From a virus: a stretch of 64,000 nucleotides of DNA. Shown here piece after piece: positions 9,178 to 18,549 of the stretch (position 1 is its first letter; the number at the start of each line of letters is the position of its first letter). The stretch lies in IMG/VR virus record IMGVR_UViG_3300032285_003360, positions 1-64,000 of that record. The stretch is one strand, 5' to 3'. The notes below the pieces were generated by a model that was given only the letters and a program-made list of their open reading frames with translations, was not told where the DNA came from and ran no database searches. Both the position numbers and the translations under genes were made by a program.

Positions 9178-9355
9178 TTCTTAAAAATTTGAAGTCCTTA
9201 ATGTTTTTCTTCTTTTCTTCTTCAATAATATCGTTACGGAAATGTTCTCTGATGGCATCCTCAATGGTTTGGTCAGCTTCAGTATCGGTAATCATATTAT
9301 GAATGGCGTTAATCGCATATTGATAAAAATTGGCGAGATAGTTATGTTCCCTCAT
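9170..9355 (-). CDS. Small protein with C-terminal FKF tag
   Basis: Ends IKDFKFLRNE. Confidence 0.7.
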   Translation of the reverse strand: MREHNYLANFYQYAINAIHNMITDTEADQTIEDAIREHFRNDIIEEEKKKNIKDFKFLRNE

Positions 9356-9356
9356 A

Positions 9357-9533
9357 TTATTTAATTTCTATATACTTAATAACTTTTGTTGTGTCCAACT
9401 TATATTTGTAAATCCCGTTCATTGCGTCAATCTGTCCTTTTTTATAACCATCTCTTTTGATAGACTCACAAAGCAATACCCCGAAAATACAAACTACTAA
9501 AATAAAACCAATAAATGTAAATAGATTTTTCAT
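9357..9533 (-). CDS. Small membrane protein (58 aa, not in ORF track)
   Basis: Manual translation MKNLFTFIGFILVVCIFGVLLC...GYKKGQIDAMNG; fills the gap between neighbours. Confidence 0.65.
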   Translation of the reverse strand: MKNLFTFIGFILVVCIFGVLLCESIKRDGYKKGQIDAMNGIYKYKLDTTKVIKYIEIK

Positions 9534-9534
9534 A

Positions 9535-9810
9535 TTATACGTTTGGATATTTTAAAAACCATTCAGTGAATCTATAAAGTAATTTCATTATTACAACGAT
9601 GATGAACATTGGTGCTGTCACAATCCAAAATATTGAGAAGAACAGATATGCTTGTGCATTGTTTTGCCAATCATCAAAATCAGGTTCATGTGGTGGGTCA
9701 TAATCAATACCAATCTTCTTACCGAATAATCTTAGAAAGGTTAAGGTAATCATGAATCCTATTATGTAAATTAATACGTATATCATTTTTAATAATTTAA
9801 GAATGTCCAA
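9535..9810 (-). CDS. Two-TM membrane protein
   Basis: Two hydrophobic stretches. Confidence 0.7.
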   Translation of the reverse strand: MDILKLLKMIYVLIYIIGFMITLTFLRLFGKKIGIDYDPPHEPDFDDWQNNAQAYLFFSIFWIVTAPMFIIVVIMKLLYRFTEWFLKYPNV

Positions 9811-9965
9811 TTACTTCATCTTCTTGTTCAACATAAGATGTTAATGATGGTAATCCACTATATTGACAGATACTTTCGTCACCTACCAATAGTATTTCAT
9901 CAACGTCAAAATATACACCGTTGCTTTCCATATCTGATAATGGTCTATAAGATTGTCCTTTCATA

Positions 9966-10463
9966 TTAATTAAGTGGGAATGGTGAAACAATTACTTTTG
10001 GTTCAATATAAACCGGATGTGGTGTTCCTTCTTTATCTAATAACATTAACCATGTTCCATCGGATGAATTTGGCATGAATAAACCATTTGGTTCAGCTTG
10101 AGGTAATGTAATGTTCCCTTGTTCATGTGTTTCCCATCCTTCAGCAGGTCTTTCAGGATTTGAATATTGTGTTGAATATGGAATACCATAACCAACACAT
10201 TTACCAATGAATACTAACTTACCTTGCATTTCATTATACAAGTAAGCATAATTAACAATCTTCTCATTATCTCTTAATTCGTAGATTTGTTTCAACAACT
10301 TCTTCTCTTGGAAGTTATGAATTGCCGGCATTCCAGTTTCACGTTGTGCTTCGGCCAACATTTGTTTTTGTTGCTGAGCATCCTTTCTATCTGGTGTTTC
10401 TTCAATAGGTCCGCAACTTACTAATAACAATGCGATTAGCGACGCAAATAATACTTTTTTCAT
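9966..10463 (-). CDS. Conserved phage lipoprotein
   Basis: Lipobox LLVSC; GYGIPYSTQYSNP...PQAEPNGLF. Confidence 0.85.
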   Translation of the reverse strand: MKKVLFASLIALLLVSCGPIEETPDRKDAQQQKQMLAEAQRETGMPAIHNFQEKKLLKQIYELRDNEKIVNYAYLYNEMQGKLVFIGKCVGYGIPYSTQYSNPERPAEGWETHEQGNITLPQAEPNGLFMPNSSDGTWLMLLDKEGTPHPVYIEPKVIVSPFPLN

Positions 10464-10469
10464 GTTTAT

Positions 10470-10835
10470 TTATTTTTTGAATTGAATGTGTCCTTGGTCA
10501 AAGTTGTTTTTTAATTCTTGAACGAATGAATAATCATCGTTTGATAATTTGTTTAAATCGAAGTTAGCCATCTCATGTAAAATGGATTGTCTAATAGCTT
10601 CTTTTGCTTGAGGATCTTTCTCTCTTCTATATTCCTCACGCTCTTTGTTTAAGAACTGACGTTTACCTTCCACATAAGATTGTGTTTCCTCAAACACAGT
10701 TCTTTCTGCGTTTTGTTGGGCTTTACCAACGGTCTTAGTGTAACCTACACCGAACCATCCAAATGCTAATGATAATAACATCATTATTATTACGGCACCT
10801 ATGATGGCACCAATTACTGCGAATACTTGTTTCAT
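10470..10835 (-). CDS. Membrane-anchored protein adjacent to the lipoprotein
   Basis: N-terminal TM followed by a charged helical region. Confidence 0.8.
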   Translation of the reverse strand: MKQVFAVIGAIIGAVIIMMLLSLAFGWFGVGYTKTVGKAQQNAERTVFEETQSYVEGKRQFLNKEREEYRREKDPQAKEAIRQSILHEMANFDLNKLSNDDYSFVQELKNNFDQGHIQFKK

Positions 10836-11093
10836 ATTTTGTATTTTAATAATGTAAAAATAAAATTTATTTCTGATATTTTATTCAGTATTTATACTGA
10901 ATTTTAATGACGATTAATTAGATTGTATATTGCAATTATCGTCACGATACCACATAAAAGATAACTAAAATATCCGAAGAAAAAAAATGCGATGATAATC
11001 CATACCCAACCAACCCTCGCATAAGGGTAGTTTCCATAAAATTCTAAATGAAAAACTAATTCATTTTTAATCCATTGTAAAAATTTGTCCATG

Positions 11094-11441
11094 TTATATT
11101 TTTTTTATTAAGTAATAAAGTTTGAATAATAATTTATAAAACCATTGTGGTTTTCTATAGTGAAAGTGGCTATTAGGTCTTTTGGGATATGACCAATGAT
11201 AACCAACCATTTGTTCAAAGAAAAATTTCTTCAATCGCCACCTGACATCTTCCCAAAATGTTAAATCATATAACTCACACATCAATTCTTTATCGTCATC
11301 ATATAAATCCTCGTGATTGATTGTCTTGAAGTAAAAAAGAGTCGTCCCCATTTTACATAGACCTGATAGATGAACATCGTAATGGTTGTTAATCCATACA
11401 AACTTTAATTCGTCGTATCTTAGTGTTGCTATGCGTCTCAT
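11094..11441 (-). CDS. Hypothetical protein
   Basis: ORF track. Confidence 0.7.
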   Translation of the reverse strand: MRRIATLRYDELKFVWINNHYDVHLSGLCKMGTTLFYFKTINHEDLYDDDKELMCELYDLTFWEDVRWRLKKFFFEQMVGYHWSYPKRPNSHFHYRKPQWFYKLLFKLYYLIKKI

Positions 11442-11442
11442 A

Positions 11443-12111
11443 TTATATAATTTTATTTGGTTTTGGAACCATTATAATATCTCTACCGATTCTTGATGTG
11501 TTATATGAATATCTTTCGCTTAGCATATTTGCCGTCTCATTCTCCAAATCATCATACCATTCACCTTCAAATAAAATATAAGGTTTTTTTTCGACAATAT
11601 CTAACCATTCGACCATTCCTTTTATAATATTTGTGTCATGGCCCTCGGCATCAATCTTTATGAAATCAATCTTCCTATCACCAACCCAATCACTAAACTT
11701 AATGCAGTTAACCTCTTCAATAAAGTGTGGGTGAATTTCCATACCATCATGTTGGATTTTGTTATAACCCAAATTAATTTCCGAACATAAGAATTTCTTC
11801 ACTCCATTTTTATCACTGAATCCAATGTTTTCAAATTCAACGATATCATTCCCCGCAAACTTTCTTTTACATTCTTCATAATATAATTTGATTGGTTCAA
11901 CCAAAATTAGTTTACCCAACTTTACTTTTTCCGTTAGACGCATAGATAACAACCCAGTGTTAGCGCCGATATCAACAAAGACATCACCATCTTTTAAACA
12001 GTTAGCCATTGTATCAACACTACCACACATAAATGGTTCGTATATCTCTTCAAATTCTTGTATTGTCATATTATTTTGCATATGCGATGGTATAGTTACC
12101 TTTACCATCAC
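11443..12111 (-). CDS. FkbM-family methyltransferase
   Basis: FVDIGANTG, EP, IDFIKIDAEG; true start may be slightly downstream. Confidence 0.9.
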   Translation of the reverse strand: MMVKVTIPSHMQNNMTIQEFEEIYEPFMCGSVDTMANCLKDGDVFVDIGANTGLLSMRLTEKVKLGKLILVEPIKLYYEECKRKFAGNDIVEFENIGFSDKNGVKKFLCSEINLGYNKIQHDGMEIHPHFIEEVNCIKFSDWVGDRKIDFIKIDAEGHDTNIIKGMVEWLDIVEKKPYILFEGEWYDDLENETANMLSERYSYNTSRIGRDIIMVPKPNKII

Positions 12112-13267
12112 CTTTATAATAAAGTTTATAAAATTTATTTGTAACTGTTAGTAATGGGTCGTTTAACCAATCGCTGTCAGGAACAATATCTAAGTTACCA
12201 TCACCATCAACATCATATGTGTTAATCCAATTAAGCCAACTGATTGATTTGTCAACATTCTCATAACCTGGCGGTGAAACTAATAGAGCTGATTGCACAT
12301 ATCCATTACCACTTTTCTTTAACACTTGAATCCTAAAATCACCGTATTGGTCTTGTGGCACACGCCACGATATTCCAAATGTCCTTGTTACAATTATTTC
12401 TTCAATTCCATCTTTATCAAGGTCAACAAAATCAAAATCGGTTATAATACCCCAACCATCAACAGTTGGTAAATTAATCTGTTTACTAATATCGAATGAA
12501 CCTTTACCGTCACCTAAAATTATTCTATTAACGGTTGTTGAATCTCTTACCCATTCATTACCCCCGATTATGATATCCATGTTACCATCATGATTGAAAT
12601 CAAATGATTCCATCGTAAAACAGTTACTTGTATATGACGCATCAAATATTTTTTTCTTAGTAAAATTACCTTTACCATCATTTAAAAAAGCATAACAATC
12701 AATGTTTTTAAATGATACATTTGGTATAATATCTAAATGACCGTCGTTGTTAATATCGGCCACAACACCCGTGTGATGAAACGCTTGAGTGGAATCAAGT
12801 AAGGATATTTTGTATGATGTTGGTGTGAAATATATAATGTAATTTTTATCACCAGGAAAATCTCCATGGTCATATCCGTGGCCAAATAATACCACATCAT
12901 CATAACCATCTTCATTAAAATCACCTTTCACAATCTTTCTTGTTACAGCTTGTGGAACTTCAAACTGCCATTTCAATTGACCGTCCATGTAAACATAAAC
13001 CACATCGTTAGCAACATTACAACTGCTGATTCTACTTATGATTAAATCGGGCTTTGAATTATTGTTTATATTCAAATAGGTTCTACCGTGCGCACCAGTA
13101 CATGTTATTTGTTGAGACGGTATAAACGCTAACCCACGATAATTTGTGAATGGAACAAAACTTGGTGGTTTTGTTGACTGTTGTGTGTTATCGGTATTAG
13201 GTGAAAGAACATCCTTCTTACAACTGAATAAAGATATTATGAAAAACCCTAATATGATTCTTACCAT
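12071..13267 (-). CDS. Lipoprotein with FG-GAP/VCBS repeats (beta-propeller)
   Basis: LFSCKKD lipobox; repeated D.N.DG..D motifs (DFNEDGYDD, DINNDGHLD, DFNHDGNMD, DLDKDGIEE, DVDGDGNLD). Confidence 0.88.
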   Translation of the reverse strand: MVRIILGFFIISLFSCKKDVLSPNTDNTQQSTKPPSFVPFTNYRGLAFIPSQQITCTGAHGRTYLNINNNSKPDLIISRISSCNVANDVVYVYMDGQLKWQFEVPQAVTRKIVKGDFNEDGYDDVVLFGHGYDHGDFPGDKNYIIYFTPTSYKISLLDSTQAFHHTGVVADINNDGHLDIIPNVSFKNIDCYAFLNDGKGNFTKKKIFDASYTSNCFTMESFDFNHDGNMDIIIGGNEWVRDSTTVNRIILGDGKGSFDISKQINLPTVDGWGIITDFDFVDLDKDGIEEIIVTRTFGISWRVPQDQYGDFRIQVLKKSGNGYVQSALLVSPPGYENVDKSISWLNWINTYDVDGDGNLDIVPDSDWLNDPLLTVTNKFYKLYYKGDGKGNYTIAYAK

Positions 13268-13383
13268 TGTTTATATTTTTACCAAAAATACAATGTTTTT
13301 TGAATATGAACAAATTTTTTTAATCATCTTTGTTCCTTCGATGTCTAACTAATATCATTAGTAATACCATCAAAAACAATATT

Positions 13384-13641
13384 TTAGTGTCTATCATCTT
13401 CTTCTGACATTTTTGCGGTCCTTAACGTAATTGACCCTTTAACTGTCCCATTTAAATCATCGTCCTTTAAACCCCTATCAATACCAACAAATGATGTGGT
13501 TTTAAAACGAATCATTTCGGATAATGTTTGTTTAGCTATCACATCAAGTTGATTGCGATATGCTTTTGTAGTATCAGTCCCCAACAAAGGAGCGTCAAAT
13601 TCAGCCTCAATTTCGAGACTTATTTTGTATTTGAATAACAT
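13384..13641 (-). CDS. Hypothetical protein
   Basis: ORF track. Confidence 0.65.
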   Translation of the reverse strand: MLFKYKISLEIEAEFDAPLLGTDTTKAYRNQLDVIAKQTLSEMIRFKTTSFVGIDRGLKDDDLNGTVKGSITLRTAKMSEEDDRH

Positions 13642-13646
13642 ATATG

Positions 13647-14051
13647 CTATTGGTTTAATAAACGTCTTAAATCGTTTGTAAGAACGTCAGAAACAGTTCT
13701 TATGGTGTCATTTGAATACGTTCTACCTCTTACCCTAATAAGTTCATTAGGATGAAACAACACATTCTCTATTAACCTTCTATCCATTGACAAATATGTC
13801 TGTCCCATATGTTGAATCATATCAACCACGGGCCTACATTCATGACCATATTCATAGAAGAATTCAATGATATTCAAACCACGAACATCAAATGGTTCCC
13901 AATCACCAATTCTGTTCGCATTCGCACCATAAGACCATTCAATTGGCCTACACATGCGGTAATCATCTTGGTCAATATATTGTATCCTTGAATAATAATC
14001 AGGGATAGATATATCGTCACATCTGTCAAAAAACTTAAATTCTCCACTCAT
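13647..14051 (-). CDS. FKF-tagged protein (MSGEFKFF)
   Basis: Tag; GLNIIEFF subfamily motif. Confidence 0.8.
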   Translation of the reverse strand: MSGEFKFFDRCDDISIPDYYSRIQYIDQDDYRMCRPIEWSYGANANRIGDWEPFDVRGLNIIEFFYEYGHECRPVVDMIQHMGQTYLSMDRRLIENVLFHPNELIRVRGRTYSNDTIRTVSDVLTNDLRRLLNQ

Positions 14052-14215
14052 GTTACAAGATATTGGTTTACAATTTTTTCACCATCCATTTCTGTTTTAA
14101 TAACATAAACTTCATAGTCGGTGTAATGTTTGAGTTTTCTCATAGCTTGTTCCAATGATTCGCATTGAATTACTTCACTGCCGACCTCAATGTGGTATTT
14201 GATTTTTACTTTCAT
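14048..14215 (-). CDS. Small hypothetical protein (55 aa, not in ORF track)
   Basis: MKVKIKYHIEVGSE...; ATGA overlap; TAAATTTG 4 nt upstream. Confidence 0.65.
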   Translation of the reverse strand: MKVKIKYHIEVGSEVIQCESLEQAMRKLKHYTDYEVYVIKTEMDGEKIVNQYLVT

Positions 14216-14295
14216 GGAACAAATTTATAAAAAAATTTTAATAATTAAAAAAATAATTCTAAATTCGCAAAACAAATAATTTAAACTTAAAACTT

Positions 14296-14541
14296 ATGGT
14301 AACAGCCTATGAAAAATGGTTGGTTAAACAAGCTGATTTTCAAGAGCTTACGTCAACTGACCCTGAATTAGATGCGAAACAAATTTTTATCGCACAAACA
14401 TTGATTGGTGATTGTATGCAACAAAACCCGCAAGCTTTTGACTTGGTGGCAAAAGTGGGTGATGATGCAGGCTTCACAAAAGAAACCTTCTATAAAGCAG
14501 CAAAAATGGTTATTGATAATGTAAACGGAGTATTAGTTTAA
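14296..14541 (+). CDS. Hypothetical protein (divergent)
   Basis: ORF track; occupies a gap with no minus-strand ORF. Confidence 0.7.
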   Translation: MVTAYEKWLVKQADFQELTSTDPELDAKQIFIAQTLIGDCMQQNPQAFDLVAKVGDDAGFTKETFYKAAKMVIDNVNGVLV

Positions 14542-14921
14542 TATTCGTTATAATATCTCCTATAATCAATTACAATATTCCAATTTTGGAAATTGGGTAA
14601 ATTTTGGTGATCCTCATTTGAAACAAAAGTGAGGACACCATCATCACCATATGGTAATAAGATTAAATCAATTTCAGGAATGTTTGGATATAAAAAATCA
14701 TTATCGGGTCTATCGTTTGTTGCAACCAATGAATTATATGTTGTAATAAAATCTCTTACATTACCCGCATATCTAACTAAAGTATAATAATCAGAATCCA
14801 CACTATCGCTACCCCAAAAAAATGGTTGGCTATATCTTCGACCATCAACTATAGATACTAACACATCATCGTTAGCGTAATTTTTTAATGATGATTCAGT
14901 AAGAAATTGAAATGGTGTCAT
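14538..14921 (-). CDS. FKF-like tagged protein (MTPFQFL)
   Basis: Variant tag; YAGNVRDF subfamily motif. Confidence 0.75.
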   Translation of the reverse strand: MTPFQFLTESSLKNYANDDVLVSIVDGRRYSQPFFWGSDSVDSDYYTLVRYAGNVRDFITTYNSLVATNDRPDNDFLYPNIPEIDLILLPYGDDGVLTFVSNEDHQNLPNFQNWNIVIDYRRYYNEY

Positions 14922-15166
14922 TATTCTTCTTCTAATATAATTCTATCTAATTCTTCATGTCTTAATGCCATGGTTTGACATTCTTCATTATAATCGGTTA
15001 ATAAAACAACTAACCATATTCCCATTTGATATTTCTTTACCTTGATTCTTTCGCCACAAATAAAACCAAGTTCCATTAATCTTAATTTAATACATGGTTG
15101 ACAATCATCACATGGCGTATTTTGCGGAACATCAATAATTCTATATGTTTTTCCAATTGTTAACAT
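14921..15166 (-). CDS. FeoA-domain (SH3-like) protein
   Basis: RLMELGFICGERIKV...ALRHEE..RI; start 15166 via TAATG overlap; CxxCxxC insert. Confidence 0.75.
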   Translation of the reverse strand: MLTIGKTYRIIDVPQNTPCDDCQPCIKLRLMELGFICGERIKVKKYQMGIWLVVLLTDYNEECQTMALRHEELDRIILEEE

Positions 15167-15609
15167 TAAGCTCCAAATAATTTCATTATCCCAATGAATG
15201 TAATAAGACACCCTAATAAAGTCATGTAGATTACCCCGATAGGTTCTGACCTCCAAGTTGCCTTTAAAGCTAATTTAACCCCTGTTCCAAATATTTTAAC
15301 CTTGGCCCATAAAGTTGGATTAACAGTTATGGTTGATGTTGCTTGAAATAATCTAACATGTTCCACACTTCTTAATTCTTCTTCGTTTCTAAGATTCCTA
15401 TCATATAATAATCGTTCTTGTTCTATACTATGATTTTGTTCATGTTGCATTCTATAGTATAGTTCACGATTAGTATGATATAAATGTCTCCTGCGAAGAT
15501 AACCATCAGGGGTATCGTCATTCAATGATGCGGTGGCGAATATTTCACCGCCACCTATCATATCTACAGTTCCTTTTGTGTAGCCACTAAAAAACTTAAA
15601 TGTTTTCAT
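15166..15609 (-). CDS. FKF-tagged protein with C-terminal TM helix
   Basis: MKTFKFF; LKATWRSEPI resembles LRATWRPEPI of 46807..47235. Confidence 0.75.
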   Translation of the reverse strand: MKTFKFFSGYTKGTVDMIGGGEIFATASLNDDTPDGYLRRRHLYHTNRELYYRMQHEQNHSIEQERLLYDRNLRNEEELRSVEHVRLFQATSTITVNPTLWAKVKIFGTGVKLALKATWRSEPIGVIYMTLLGCLITFIGIMKLFGA

Positions 15610-15874
15610 CCTTAGAAGTTTCAACAGTCAAATTGGAACCTTCAATTTTTTGTTCAGATGCGTTAGCTCTAATTTTATTTATTACTTTAGTTGAATCGGC
15701 ATCAAATAAATTTAATTGCTTTACATTTTTGTCAATCATACCATAACCCACAGCCACGTCTCGGTTATAAATTTTCTCGTCTTCTAAAATTTTTAAATCT
15801 CTTATAACTACTTGATAATCAAGTGTTTCTTCTGGTAGGTTATTTAACCACTCTTTTAAATCTTTTACGTTCAT
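15596..15874 (-). CDS. Hypothetical protein
   Basis: M.V.DL...L..LP motif common in phage small proteins. Confidence 0.7.
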   Translation of the reverse strand: MNVKDLKEWLNNLPEETLDYQVVIRDLKILEDEKIYNRDVAVGYGMIDKNVKQLNLFDADSTKVINKIRANASEQKIEGSNLTVETSKDENI

Positions 15875-16602
15875 ATTGTTTAATTTATATTAATAAAATA
15901 TATGAAATTATTTTTAAAAAATCAAATATCCATTAAATAAATTACAAACTATTTGTTTTTACTTTATCAACCATCGACTTCAACATGGTGGACAATTCAA
16001 TCGCTTCTATGCTCGTTAAAAATAATTTTCGTTGAATGTATTTGTTATCTTCATCACAAAATGAAAAAATAATCTCACCAACTCTTTCTTCGCTACTTTC
16101 AACAATCGCAACTTGTGCCGACTCAGTATATATTTTTTGTTCTACTTTCATTGCCTTACTTTTAATATAATTATTCCGTTTTATCGATTTTGTATTCAAT
16201 CGATTCGATTATCAACCTATCAGTTGGGTATTGTGCGGTTAATTCGAAACCTGGTTCGGGTGAACCATACATACCAATTTTCGTAACTTTTGTTTGAAAT
16301 CTTGTTGCACAAGTTGAGTCGGGATGAACGGTGTCAGCCTCAACAGTTATCGGTTTTAATTCGCTTCCAACAATTAAGAAACAATTATATCTATTCATCT
16401 TTTTCTTTTTTTATTTTTACAGAAATTTCAGTTCCAATTAAAGATTCCGTAGCTACCATTCCTAAAAAACAATACACAACTTTAACCCATAATTGCCATA
16501 GCAATGGATTTGATTGTGTTGATAATAACCAAAAAATTAAATACCATTCACCATAACCCACAATTAAGCAAAGAATTATGTGAATGATTGTTATTATTTT
16601 TA

Positions 16603-17148
16603 TCATGACTTATATAATCTATTGTTGTTGTAGTAAGCCACAGGATTACTTTCTGCGATTAAACCATATTCTTGTTTAACCATTTCATGAATAACATTTT
16701 TATCTTCATTAATATATTTTGCAATGATATTAACAAAACCATAATTGGATTCATCAACAATCTCTTGGTCAGTTCCAAAAACTCTACAATACTCCGCCTC
16801 ACCTACTTCGCTGATAAACATTCCAGAGTAGAATCCCCTCAATCCATGATACTCAACGAACTTATCAGCGTTGCACCATATGAAAACACTGTTGTCTTTC
16901 TTTTCTAATAAAGGAACGGTATTTTGATTTATGATTAAACCTTTCGCATCAGGAAACATACCGACTGAAAACAAACCAGTCGGACATCCGTGACCCATCA
17001 TCATGACTCTATCATGTGATTCAATAAGTTCATTCAATTCTACAGTTGTGATTCCACCAGTAACAACCGTTTTATCTTCGATATTTTTGTATACAACATC
17101 GAGAAACGTTGTGCTTCGGTCGGCCGGATGAATGATTAATGTTTTCAT
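16603..17148 (-). CDS. Conserved phage hypothetical protein
   Basis: MKTLIIHP.D.ST.FL, MMGHG, FIWCNAD, GMFISE. Confidence 0.8.
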   Translation of the reverse strand: MKTLIIHPADRSTTFLDVVYKNIEDKTVVTGGITTVELNELIESHDRVMMMGHGCPTGLFSVGMFPDAKGLIINQNTVPLLEKKDNSVFIWCNADKFVEYHGLRGFYSGMFISEVGEAEYCRVFGTDQEIVDESNYGFVNIIAKYINEDKNVIHEMVKQEYGLIAESNPVAYYNNNRLYKS

Positions 17149-17150
17149 AA

Positions 17151-17525
17151 TTATTTTGAATTTATGTGTTCTAAAATACGATTCGTTTTATCTTTAAAAT
17201 CTTCTTCATTTTCTTTTCTGTTGGTAAAGTTTTTAACCGCAGACATAATCGTCGTATGATCTCTATCTAACATCTCACCAATAAAAGTAAATGAATAGTT
17301 GTAATGTCTTTTTAGGACACCACATAAAATGTGTCTTGCCACAATTACATCACCCTTTCTTGATTCAGATAAAATGTCTTCAACCGAAACAAATGTTTCT
17401 TTTGATACAATCTCTAATACTTCCTTTGGTGATATTGCTAACTTTCTGTGATTAAAGTTAGTAGGTAGTGAAGTTCTTCTAATACCAGGAAAAGCGTATG
17501 GGCTAATCGGTGCTTTTTTCTTCAT
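17151..17525 (-). CDS. Stand-alone DnaA C-terminal (domain IV) HTH protein
   Basis: DILS.SR...V..ARH......Y.S...IG....RDHTTI. Confidence 0.88.
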   Translation of the reverse strand: MKKKAPISPYAFPGIRRTSLPTNFNHRKLAISPKEVLEIVSKETFVSVEDILSESRKGDVIVARHILCGVLKRHYNYSFTFIGEMLDRDHTTIMSAVKNFTNRKENEEDFKDKTNRILEHINSK

Positions 17526-17546
17526 GTGTGTTTATTTTATTCATCA

Positions 17547-17577
17547 CAAATATAGTAAAATAAAACAAACGGCCAAA
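17547..17577 (-). promoter_or_regulatory. Bacteroidota sigma-A-type promoter
   Basis: TTTG, 19-nt spacer, TATATTTG. Confidence 0.7.
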
Positions 17578-17582
17578 AAATT

Positions 17583-17840
17583 TTAATAATTACCTTTAAA
17601 GTAGTTGTAAAGGACCTCAGGGATGGTTGTAAATATGATTTTTTCCCCGTTTTCGTCCTTATAAGGCTCACCTTGCTCGTCTCTAATATAAAACCTTGGT
17701 AAGTCCTTCATATAGGCTTTGAGGTAACCTGGCGCCTTTTTAAGTGCATTTATGACGTTTTTTCTTATGTAAGGTTTTTCCCTATCATAATATTCGTTCA
17801 TAATGGTCTTATACTGATTTTCGGTTATCAAAATGGTCAT
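17583..17840 (-). CDS. Putative late/head protein
   Basis: ILITENQ..IMNE N-terminus; TATTTATA upstream. Confidence 0.65.
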   Translation of the reverse strand: MTILITENQYKTIMNEYYDREKPYIRKNVINALKKAPGYLKAYMKDLPRFYIRDEQGEPYKDENGEKIIFTTIPEVLYNYFKGNY

Positions 17841-18116
17841 GTATATAAATACTACACTCTATCCTTAAATCGGTTAATTTGGTCGCTGTATTTGTCTAAA
17901 AATAGCTTACCGCCCGAAAATATCCCTATGAATATGAATATAATAAGGAACATAACATAAGTGTGATATATGAATCCATAACCAAGGTAAACAACCGCAA
18001 AAGCGATTAACAAATATCTTCTCATCGTTTGTTTTTTTCTTTAATCATTTGGTAAATAAACCATATTGCAAATGACATTACAATCGCCACATACAATATG
18101 GTTTGTTTAACATACA

Positions 18117-18548
18117 TTATAACATTGAAATTTCAATGATTTTATCACCTGCTTGAATAGCATCAATAACATCTAAACCTTCAATCACTTTACCAAAGCA
18201 GGTATGGTTTCTATCTAAATGTTGTGTTCCTTGTCTATTATGACAAATGAAGAACTGACTGCCACCAGTATTTCTTCCTGCGTGTGCCATCGATAAAACG
18301 CCGCGGTCATGATATTGCTTCTCAGCATTTACTTCACATGGAATGTTATAACCAGGTCCACCCGCACCATTACCAATCGGACAACCACCTTGAATTACAA
18401 AGTTTGGGATTACTCTATGGAATGTTAAACCGTCATAGAATTTTTTTGCGATTAATTCCTTGAAGTTATTTGTTGTGATTGGTGTTTCGTTATCATATAA
18501 CTCTACAATCATATCACCTTTTGCTGTTGTTATTTTTACGTTGCTCAT
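18117..18548 (-). CDS. Cyclophilin-type peptidyl-prolyl isomerase
   Basis: FYDGLTFHRVIPNFVIQGG, LSMAHAG.NTGGSQFFI, FGKV. Confidence 0.96.
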   Translation of the reverse strand: MSNVKITTAKGDMIVELYDNETPITTNNFKELIAKKFYDGLTFHRVIPNFVIQGGCPIGNGAGGPGYNIPCEVNAEKQYHDRGVLSMAHAGRNTGGSQFFICHNRQGTQHLDRNHTCFGKVIEGLDVIDAIQAGDKIIEISML

Positions 18549-18549
18549 A

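Noticed and set aside
15167-15256. N-terminal extension YRGNLHDF of ORF 14921..15256 resembles tagged subfamily c
   Set aside because: It lies in an alternate frame inside 15166..15609 and starts at TTG; the TAATG-coupled start at 15166 is more plausible.
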